From the IMG/VR virus record IMGVR_UViG_3300030328_002383: a stretch of 20,000 nucleotides of DNA; one strand, written 5' to 3'. Each line of letters opens with the position of its first letter. The stretch's first letter is position 1. The notes beneath the pieces were generated by a model that was given only the letters and a program-made list of their open reading frames with translations, did not search any database and was not told where the DNA came from. Origin of the DNA: an uncultured virus (IMG/VR IMGVR_UViG_3300030328_002383) (taxonomy: Duplodnaviria; Heunggongvirae; Uroviricota; Caudoviricetes). Positions 8,083-15,685 of this stretch are shown piece after piece. A program made the position numbers and the translations under genes.

Positions 8083-8588
8083 ATAGTGAAATACAATTTG
8101 CGATATATAGTCTACTTTTAGCGGCTTTAGGTGCATTTTCCGTACTAATACTTAAAAGACACCCGACACCACACAAGAATATGTCGGGGATAAAACAGAC
8201 TAACCCAAATGAAACACTTATGATAACTTTCGGTATGGGGGTAGTTATGGCTTGGGTAGTTATTGCGGCTACTGCATCTTATTTTAGTATAGTTGATGAA
8301 AGAGAAATCACCGATTCACAACTAACAGTTATTGGTCTATTAGGTGGTCCGGCACTTCTTATCATAACAAGTGTACTAGATTTGTTTAAGGGTAAAGAAA
8401 GTGCTAAAATAGCAGTATTACCGGACAGGCTAAGTGCTGATGTAGAGTCTACTAACGCAGCAAAAAACCATACTCGTAAACTGGAAGAGTTAAAATTACA
8501 GCACGATTTAGATATGGAAGCCATGCAACAAAAACATACTTTAGATATGGAAGCGTTTCAGATTACAAAAGGCAAACAGCCTAAATAA
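8079..8588 (+). CDS. Multi-pass membrane protein with C-terminal coiled coil
   Basis: GGAGGT SD 8 nt before a TTG start. Three hydrophobic segments and a charged helical tail. Alternative ATG at 8181. Confidence 0.75.
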   Translation: MNSEIQFAIYSLLLAALGAFSVLILKRHPTPHKNMSGIKQTNPNETLMITFGMGVVMAWVVIAATASYFSIVDEREITDSQLTVIGLLGGPALLIITSVLDLFKGKESAKIAVLPDRLSADVESTNAAKNHTRKLEELKLQHDLDMEAMQQKHTLDMEAFQITKGKQPK

Positions 8589-8626
8589 TCATTAAACACT
8601 AATAACCACAAAGGGGTGGGTGAAGA

Positions 8627-9457
8627 GTGTTGTCACAAGAAGAAGCAGAGTCAATTATAGAAACAGTAAACGAAAGGTTTCAAGAACTACGGGCTTTGAT
8701 GATTACTTTAGCCTCTATTATAGCCCTTGTAATGCCCGGAATGGAAGCAGTAGGTATTCTTGATTTTACACCGTATGGTGAAGGGGATGACGAATGGATT
8801 ACTGATGACGATTGGGAAATGGGTGACGATTTTGAATGTGGTGATGGTTCAGTTATTGAAGCATCTCTAGTAAATGATGGTTACAAAAATTGCCGAGATG
8901 GTTCGGATGAACCCGAAGATGAAGGCGAAGATTGTGAAGAAACGGATAGTTGCGAAGAACCCGATATTATCTATGGGTGTACCGATGAAGATGCCCTAAA
9001 CTACGATGAAGAAGCATGGGAAGATGATGGCTCTTGTGAGTTTGAAGAAGAAGAAGAAACATGGGGATGTACCGATGATACGGCAACAAACTATGACCCA
9101 TACGCAGATAATGATGATGGCTCTTGTGAATACAAAGAAGGTCAACCATGTGACCCCGAAATGTATGATGCGTATTTTGAATACGATAATAGCACTATAA
9201 CTTTCCATTGGGATGCAGACCTTATCTGCGATAACGAACCCCATAACCTTACAGTTTATTGGACTATCTACGAAAACGAGTCCGGTAATTGGACTAAGTT
9301 ACAACCCGAACTAACATACGAAACGTATTATCAAGATTGGGACTATGTAAATGTATCAGCAAGTGGTTTACCCAATGGTAAGTATGATATTTTTGCTACT
9401 TTTGAGATTCATGGAGATTATTCAAGAGCCGTTGATTGGTATGGGGTTGAGATATGA
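8627..9457 (+). CDS. Membrane-anchored acidic Cys-rich surface protein (LDLa-like motif plus two GCTDxxAxNY repeats)
   Basis: One N-terminal TM helix. FECGDG...NDGYKNCRDGSDE at 8831-8911. GCTD..A.NYD..A..DDGSC at 8975-9037 and 9065-9127. Beta-rich C-terminal domain. Confidence 0.8.
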   Translation: MLSQEEAESIIETVNERFQELRALMITLASIIALVMPGMEAVGILDFTPYGEGDDEWITDDDWEMGDDFECGDGSVIEASLVNDGYKNCRDGSDEPEDEGEDCEETDSCEEPDIIYGCTDEDALNYDEEAWEDDGSCEFEEEEETWGCTDDTATNYDPYADNDDGSCEYKEGQPCDPEMYDAYFEYDNSTITFHWDADLICDNEPHNLTVYWTIYENESGNWTKLQPELTYETYYQDWDYVNVSASGLPNGKYDIFATFEIHGDYSRAVDWYGVEI

Positions 9458-9534
9458 CGCTTGACGACATCTGTATTATTGGGGTAATAATAGTTATTGC
9501 TATTCTTGCTTTAGATGTGGATAAGTGGGGCTGA
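9454..9534 (+). CDS. 26-aa single-TM micropeptide (not in ORF track)
   Basis: MTLDDICIIGVIIVIAILALDVDKWG*. ATGA overlap upstream and TGATG overlap downstream exactly fill the gap. Confidence 0.6.
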   Translation: MTLDDICIIGVIIVIAILALDVDKWG

Positions 9535-9884
9535 TGGATAAAGATGCTGTCATAGAAAAAATAATAGCAATATTTATGGTCTGTTTTTTTATAATACCTT
9601 TTACAGCACCGGCTTACGAAAACAGTCCATTTTATGAACCTAATGCAGTTACTTGCACAACAGTTAGTGGTGAGATAATAGACAAAGAGCCATTCTATAT
9701 TATAATAAGGGTAGAAGATAACTACACTTATGTTAGTGAGGATTTTAAGGTATATGTAAGTCCTAAAGCATATTATAATTATAGTATAGGTGATACACAT
9801 ATAGAACCAATATGTACTTTATCTGATTATTCTATATACAAAGATTTGATAGAAAGTCTAAAGGATTCGGGTATCTTGGAATAA
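9534..9884 (+). CDS. Membrane-anchored or secreted small beta-rich protein (start probably 9534)
   Basis: N-terminal hydrophobic segment, then an OB-like pattern (VSGEIIDK...YIIIRV...KVYVSPKAYYNYSIGD). The TGATG overlap defines the start. Confidence 0.7.
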   Translation: MDKDAVIEKIIAIFMVCFFIIPFTAPAYENSPFYEPNAVTCTTVSGEIIDKEPFYIIIRVEDNYTYVSEDFKVYVSPKAYYNYSIGDTHIEPICTLSDYSIYKDLIESLKDSGILE

Positions 9885-9914
9885 TTAATAAGACAACCGC
9901 AAAGTCTTGCTGTC

Positions 9915-11369
9915 ATGTCGTGTGGATGCGGTTGTGATAAAGAAGAAGAAGCAATAGCAAAAGAGTATGAAGTCTGTTCTTCTTGTACTACTGAAGAAAA
10001 ATGTGCTGCTCATAATGAATGTATGGGAACAGCAGAAGAAGCAATAGCAGTATTAGTAGAACCTAATAATACCGAAACACATGAAGAGTTTATGGGTAGA
10101 TGTATGGGTAACAGTAAAATGAATGAAGAGTTTCCCGATGAAGAACAAAGATACGCTGTCTGTATGAAACAACACGAAGGACATAATTTTGCAGAAGAAG
10201 CAAAATATGATGATGAAGAAAAGAAAAAAGCATCTGTATGTGGTGTTGGTGAAGAACTAATAGATGGTGAATGTAGAAGAATAGCAGTTACATTAGATTT
10301 ACAAATAGAAGATATTACAATGTTAATGGAAGCCTCTGCTGACGGCAAAACAAAAATTAGAATAGAAGGTATAGCATTCCACGAAGGTAAGAATAAAAAT
10401 AATTGGTCTTTAACAAAAGAAGGTGCTATTGCTACTATAGAACAAATGGTAGGTGCTGACGTAACACTATTACATCCTCAACCAAGTGAATATGGTTCGG
10501 GCTTTACTAGAAACATGGATGGTGGGGTCGAAGAGGCTACTGTAGGATATATAGAAAGTGCAGAACTAGTAGATTTAGATGACGGTAAATGGAATGTAAG
10601 ATATGTAGCCTATGTCGTAAGAGATGAATTATTCCCTAGTTTAGAAGCGGGTCTTTGGTCTAGAGAAGGTTACGGCGTATCTATAGGAGGTAGTGGCGTA
10701 CCTATTTTAGCGGAAGAAGATAATATTGTTTTCGGAACCGATTTTACATTCGACCATCTTGCTATAGTACATAAACCGGCATATCAGAGAGCAAATATAG
10801 AAAAAGTTGAAAGAATTGAAAAAGAGGAAGTTAAGGCAACCTTGATAAGTCATTCTGAATCTGCATCAGTCAATAAAGGTATGGTAAGGTCTATGTCCGA
10901 AGAAGAAAATAATACAATTAATGAAGAAATGGAAGCCCTTCAAGCAGAACTAGTTCTAGCAAATGCTAGAGTAGCAGAGTTTGAAGCAGAAAAAATTGCG
11001 AGAGCAGAAGAAGAAAGAAGTGGTTTTGTTGCTAAAGCATCAGAACTTGGTATGACAGGACATGAAGATTTGTCTAAAGATACTTTAGTTTCTCTTATCG
11101 CATCATGGGAGGCTGCACACCCAGAGCCAACCCCTGTAGAAATGACCCCTGTTGAATCAGTAGAAAAAGTTGAGGCATCAGTCGCAGCATCTACAGAAGC
11201 AACACCAGTCGTAGCAAATTACCTAAATGGTAAAATGGTTTCTACTGATGAGCAAATCTATGCTAGAGCATGGAACGCATGGGCTAGTGCTTGGAACAGC
11301 ACATTAGGCGTAGAAGAAAGAAAGGCTATGGCCGCCCCAACCTATTCCCAAAAAAAGGAGATGAATTAA
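9915..11369 (+). CDS. Prohead protease-scaffold fusion with Cys-rich N-terminal extension
   Basis: Located upstream of the capsid genes. Protease-like core IRIEGIAFHEG...HPQP...GVSIGG...FDHLAIVHKPAY and an acidic Ala/Glu coiled-coil C-terminus. Confidence 0.8.
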   Translation: MSCGCGCDKEEEAIAKEYEVCSSCTTEEKCAAHNECMGTAEEAIAVLVEPNNTETHEEFMGRCMGNSKMNEEFPDEEQRYAVCMKQHEGHNFAEEAKYDDEEKKKASVCGVGEELIDGECRRIAVTLDLQIEDITMLMEASADGKTKIRIEGIAFHEGKNKNNWSLTKEGAIATIEQMVGADVTLLHPQPSEYGSGFTRNMDGGVEEATVGYIESAELVDLDDGKWNVRYVAYVVRDELFPSLEAGLWSREGYGVSIGGSGVPILAEEDNIVFGTDFTFDHLAIVHKPAYQRANIEKVERIEKEEVKATLISHSESASVNKGMVRSMSEEENNTINEEMEALQAELVLANARVAEFEAEKIARAEEERSGFVAKASELGMTGHEDLSKDTLVSLIASWEAAHPEPTPVEMTPVESVEKVEASVAASTEATPVVANYLNGKMVSTDEQIYARAWNAWASAWNSTLGVEERKAMAAPTYSQKKEMN

Positions 11370-11370
11370 G

Positions 11371-11784
11371 ATGGTAGCATATAGTGGTAATGACCCAGTA
11401 AACGTAGTAGATATAGCAGAAACTTTCGCAAGCAAAGGACTTTTAGTTAAGTACGGTGCAGGTGGAATACTAATGACAGCAAGTGTAACAGATACACCAA
11501 TCGCTTACACAATAAGCGAGTCAAGCAGAGATGCAGACCAAGCATTAGAAGCAGCAGGTACAGGAACAGTTTCAGTAGTTGCTCTTGACGGTATTTGCTA
11601 TCTCAAAGCAGGTGCAGCAACAGCAGCACCTAAGTTTGGAATGTCTGTATATGTTTCACAGACTGCTGATGATAACGGAACAGTTACAGTAAATGACGCA
11701 ACCAATTCAGCAGTATTCGTAGGGTACTACTTTGGTGGAGAAGGTGCAATCGCATCGGGAGATTTTATTCCTGTATCTTGTTAG
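11371..11784 (+). CDS. Probable capsid cement/decoration protein
   Basis: 137-aa Ala/Gly/Val-rich beta protein between scaffold and MCP. AAGGAG SD. Confidence 0.65.
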   Translation: MVAYSGNDPVNVVDIAETFASKGLLVKYGAGGILMTASVTDTPIAYTISESSRDADQALEAAGTGTVSVVALDGICYLKAGAATAAPKFGMSVYVSQTADDNGTVTVNDATNSAVFVGYYFGGEGAIASGDFIPVSC

Positions 11785-11814
11785 ATATAGTATAAATTAT
11801 AGGAGATGTAAAAA

Positions 11815-12726
11815 ATGGTAAATAATACATTAGAAGAAATATTAAACGTAGAAGCAGCAACAGGTCCTTTCGGTGTAGAGGATGCAGTCTTAGAGCAAAC
11901 TCTAAGAGATTTCATACAACTACAATCAAACACAATCGCTATCGCAACTGACTTAGTTGGTTCAAGAAGCGTTTCTTGGTTAGAGTTCAAATGGTACACA
12001 GGAATAACTGGTACATTCAGTTACCCTCTAGATGATGTAGCACTAACTGACCCAACCAACATTGGTACAGCAAACTACACAACCAAACTTGAGAAAGGAC
12101 AGGGTAGAGTTACTTTCCTAGATGCAGTTCGCCTTCGTGGTGAAACATGGGAAAACATTGACCGTCAACAACTTGCTATCGTAAGAGCAAGGGCTGACTT
12201 AATTGACAACCACATCCTAACAAAACTTGTAGCAGGTGCAGGTCAAACAGAAGCAGCAACAGCAACATTCGGTGCTGCTAACGCAGACGAAGAATCTGAC
12301 TTGTTGGATGCTATGGATAAAATCTTTGCTAACGCAAAGGTTACAGGTAACGAGCCAATGGCTCTTGTATTACCTGCTGATAAAAGGTCCTCACTTTTGA
12401 ACACAACACTATACGGAAACGTAGTTGAGTCATTAGCAGACCACTTGGCTAGAATCGCAAACCTAAAAATCTACTACACAAGAGATTATGGGGCAAGTAG
12501 TGCATTGGTAAACGATGCTTTACTACTTATTCCGGGTGCAGAAACAGCAGAGTTCTTTACATACAACGGACCGGGCTTCCAAGAGACTGAATTAACTCGT
12601 TTGCCGGGTGTCGGTTTCGATTGGTTACTAACTTCCTACATGGGAAGCGTTATCCACGAACACCAAGACGGTGCAGCAGCAGGTAAGAACAACCGAATCT
12701 GTAAGATTACAGGCGTAAGGGCTTAA
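11815..12726 (+). CDS. Major capsid protein (HK97-like, inferred)
   Basis: 303 aa, AGGAG SD, canonical position and strongly biased codons. HK97-like pattern (A-domain PMALVLP, C-terminal ICKITGV). Confidence 0.8.
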   Translation: MVNNTLEEILNVEAATGPFGVEDAVLEQTLRDFIQLQSNTIAIATDLVGSRSVSWLEFKWYTGITGTFSYPLDDVALTDPTNIGTANYTTKLEKGQGRVTFLDAVRLRGETWENIDRQQLAIVRARADLIDNHILTKLVAGAGQTEAATATFGAANADEESDLLDAMDKIFANAKVTGNEPMALVLPADKRSSLLNTTLYGNVVESLADHLARIANLKIYYTRDYGASSALVNDALLLIPGAETAEFFTYNGPGFQETELTRLPGVGFDWLLTSYMGSVIHEHQDGAAAGKNNRICKITGVRA

Positions 12727-12739
12727 GGAGGCACAATAA

Positions 12740-13156
12740 ATGCCTATTAACCGTAAGTTACAAAACCTAATGACTGGTCTTAATACTAAGCAAGTCTCTA
12801 ACGGTGGAACAAGTGGGTCTATTCCTATTCTTTACAAAATAGCAGTAGACGGTGGTGCAACAGAAAGCGTTTCTGTTACTGTAGACCGCAACTTAGAGGT
12901 TGTTGATGTATGGTGTCATCTCTTAGCAGACGGTGGTGCAAACGGTAACAGTCTACAAGTTCTTAACGGAACTGACGCTATTACTGATGCTTTCGTAACT
13001 GGAACAGCAGGTGACAAAGATGTCGTAAGATGTGGTGAGATAGATGATGCTTACTACAAGATTACCGCAGGTGGTACTCTTAAAGTTACATCTACATCTT
13101 CTGATGACACAGCACCGGCAGTCCACGTTTTCGTTCTAGGGTACTCAAACCCTTGA
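12740..13156 (+). CDS. Virion structural protein (head-associated, unknown)
   Basis: AAGGAGG SD, immediately after MCP, Gly/Thr/Val-rich beta composition. Confidence 0.65.
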   Translation: MPINRKLQNLMTGLNTKQVSNGGTSGSIPILYKIAVDGGATESVSVTVDRNLEVVDVWCHLLADGGANGNSLQVLNGTDAITDAFVTGTAGDKDVVRCGEIDDAYYKITAGGTLKVTSTSSDDTAPAVHVFVLGYSNP

Positions 13157-13181
13157 GAGTAAACAGTTGGGGGCTTATTAA

Positions 13182-13574
13182 ATGACTGATAAAAACGAAG
13201 CGGCGAAGCCAAAGAAAGAAACTAAGGCTTCGTTGGTAAAGAAGTTAAAAGATGCTGACATACCTGTACCTAAAGGTGCAAATATTGAAGTTATGAAACA
13301 CCGCTTAAAACATTATAAGAGTGGTGTAGGCTATCTAGTTAGACCACATAAATTACAATCTAAAAAATATAAAGACCATCCAATGTCTTTACTTACGGAT
13401 AAGAACGGTCTTTACTGGCTACCTGCAAGTGAAATGGCCGATAGGATAATTAAAACTAAATTAATTATAGTTTTAAGTAGGACAAACGAACCTTCAAATG
13501 ACGCTACAATAATAGACGTACCAATAGACTACGCGGAGAGGTTCGGATATGGCAGTAACGACAAGTCAAATTAG
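13182..13574 (+). CDS. Basic hypothetical protein with HeH-like N-terminus
   Basis: GGGGG SD-like site. TKASLVKKLKDADIPVPKGANIEVMKHRL is HeH-like, a type often seen after capsid genes. Confidence 0.6.
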   Translation: MTDKNEAAKPKKETKASLVKKLKDADIPVPKGANIEVMKHRLKHYKSGVGYLVRPHKLQSKKYKDHPMSLLTDKNGLYWLPASEMADRIIKTKLIIVLSRTNEPSNDATIIDVPIDYAERFGYGSNDKSN

Positions 13575-13980
13575 AGATTTACTTAACAGACCGAGAGGTC
13601 TAAACGAAGGTACTATTACAGAATATATTACTATTAGAACTGCCGAAGTAAATAAAAAGGCACGTCAAGCAAATTATGTTGGTGTGACAGCAGATAACGC
13701 ACCAACAGACGCACTCAAAGAATCTGCAATTAAAATGATGGTTTGTGCAGACTGTCTTAAAGTATTAATAGATACTATCCCTGCATTAGTACCCGAAAAA
13801 GATAAAGGTACATCTGATATTAGATTCGCAGCACAGTTAAGGTCTTTTGAAAAGGCTGCATCTGAGGCTATGAAAAATATAGAAGAGAAAGGTGGTACTG
13901 CTTTCCAAATTAAAAGTACCACTAGTAGAGTTGGTGGCACAGTCGGAAGTGCTTTGGCAGGTTCTCTCACACAAGATTGA
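13549..13980 (+). CDS. Probable head completion / head-tail adaptor protein
   Basis: GGAGAGG SD. 143-aa helical protein starting MAVTTSQIRDLL, in the adaptor position downstream of MCP. Confidence 0.55.
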   Translation: MAVTTSQIRDLLNRPRGLNEGTITEYITIRTAEVNKKARQANYVGVTADNAPTDALKESAIKMMVCADCLKVLIDTIPALVPEKDKGTSDIRFAAQLRSFEKAASEAMKNIEEKGGTAFQIKSTTSRVGGTVGSALAGSLTQD

Positions 13981-13990
13981 GGGATAAGTC

Positions 13991-15331
13991 ATGGCTGATT
14001 ATTATTGGAAAGGCGGAACAGATACCGAATCACAAACCGCCGGTAACTGGGTTACAACAAGTGGCGGTTCAACATTACACACTACTTTACCCGATTCTGA
14101 CGATAATTTAATTTTTGATGTTACCGCTACAAAAAAATGTATATTTACTAGTGATACAGTAGGCTATCTTTCTATAACTATAAAAAGCACATTTACTTAT
14201 ACCGTAAAAATAGATAATAGTTTAATTAGTACGCAAGGTCTTTGTGTAGAAAAAATAAGCGTTTTAGAATCTGCTACTACAAGTATTATTAGATTTCATA
14301 GTACACCGGCTTATACAGCATTAGGTAGTAGTTCTGCTGATAACTATGTAAAAATATCAAACGTAGATACAAACTTAGATTTTAACACGTTAGGTATGTT
14401 CAAAGACTCTACTACTAGGTCTAATTTAACTTTTTACTTTGAACCGGATAATGGTTCTACTTTTATCGTGCAAAACGGCGTATACCCTAATGTAACTATG
14501 GATTGCTCTTTTAGTAATGTGGCTACCTTTAGCCCACAATTTATTTATGATGCAGCAGAAACAACAGGTTTAGCAGAAGATTATAATTATAACAATTACC
14601 CTAGTGTTGATATATTAAATCTAAATATAGATACTTCTATTACTGTTTCACCTAGAACTAAAAACACAAAAGATTCTGAAAAAATATACAGAATTACTGG
14701 CTCTCTTACATTAACCACATCTACATTCAAGTGGGGATATACAGAATTACAACTAACCCCGTCTGCGGCAGGTACTAAATTACCTGTAACTGGTGAAACT
14801 GTTTATGGTAACACTAACACATTTAATACACAATATAGAAAATTAAAAATCCTTAGTTCTAGTACCGCAGCACATTATTTTGCTTTAGGGAATAATCTAA
14901 TATTAGGTTGTGAAGAATTAGAAATAGAAGGTAATGCTAGATTATATGGTCCTGTATATGGTAACGGTAATTCTGCTGAAATACATATTACTAATAGACC
15001 TACAATAGATGGTGACTGGAACTTTACACAAATAGCAGAAGGTATATACAGAAACAATGGTACTACATCCCCAAGATACTCTGTACCTCATGGTGGTACA
15101 GGTAAAAATAGTATTACCTCTAAAGCATTATTATATGGAAACGGGCAAGGGCCACTTACAGAATTAGCGATAGGTTCGGAAGGAACAGTCTTAACTGTAT
15201 CTAGTGGTAGTCCTGTTTGGGCTGCTAATACTGGCGGTGATGGGGGCGGCGGTGGTACTCTTGATATAGGAGATTTGGTTGTAACAAACAATGATAGTGG
15301 TATCATTATTATGGGGTCTTTGGTGATTTAG
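13991..15331 (+). CDS. Virion fibre/spike-like structural protein
   Basis: Thr/Ser/Asn-rich. N-terminal YYWKGG...AGNW...LP..DDNLIFD and C-terminal fibre-type motif VPHGGTG...LLYGNG...GTVLTVSSGSPVW. Confidence 0.6.
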   Translation: MADYYWKGGTDTESQTAGNWVTTSGGSTLHTTLPDSDDNLIFDVTATKKCIFTSDTVGYLSITIKSTFTYTVKIDNSLISTQGLCVEKISVLESATTSIIRFHSTPAYTALGSSSADNYVKISNVDTNLDFNTLGMFKDSTTRSNLTFYFEPDNGSTFIVQNGVYPNVTMDCSFSNVATFSPQFIYDAAETTGLAEDYNYNNYPSVDILNLNIDTSITVSPRTKNTKDSEKIYRITGSLTLTTSTFKWGYTELQLTPSAAGTKLPVTGETVYGNTNTFNTQYRKLKILSSSTAAHYFALGNNLILGCEELEIEGNARLYGPVYGNGNSAEIHITNRPTIDGDWNFTQIAEGIYRNNGTTSPRYSVPHGGTGKNSITSKALLYGNGQGPLTELAIGSEGTVLTVSSGSPVWAANTGGDGGGGGTLDIGDLVVTNNDSGIIIMGSLVI

Positions 15332-15685
15332 ATGTATGAATATGAAATTACTTTAAGTAGAGTAGTAGATGGAGATACTATTGACGCTTTTATTGATTTG
15401 GGTTTTAAGACTCATGTAGTAAAACGTATAAGATTCTATGGAATAAATGCCCCGGAATCTCGTACAAGAGATAAACAAGAAAAGATTAGAGGTCTTGCTG
15501 CTAAAGAAAGAGTGGAACAATTATTAAACAATGCTGATTCGATTATATTGCAGTCTCATGGTGTAGGAAAGTTTGGTAGAGTGCTTGGTTCATTAACGGT
15601 TGTAAATGGTAAAACTAAAAAAGATGTAGTAGCAACATTACTAGAAGAAGGGCATGGTACAGAATATTTTGGGGGTAAGAGATAA
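15332..15685 (+). CDS. Thermonuclease (SNase-like) family nuclease
   Basis: [20 protein letters not shown] and GKFGRVLG motifs. No signal peptide. Confidence 0.88.
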   Translation: MYEYEITLSRVVDGDTIDAFIDLGFKTHVVKRIRFYGINAPESRTRDKQEKIRGLAAKERVEQLLNNADSIILQSHGVGKFGRVLGSLTVVNGKTKKDVVATLLEEGHGTEYFGGKR

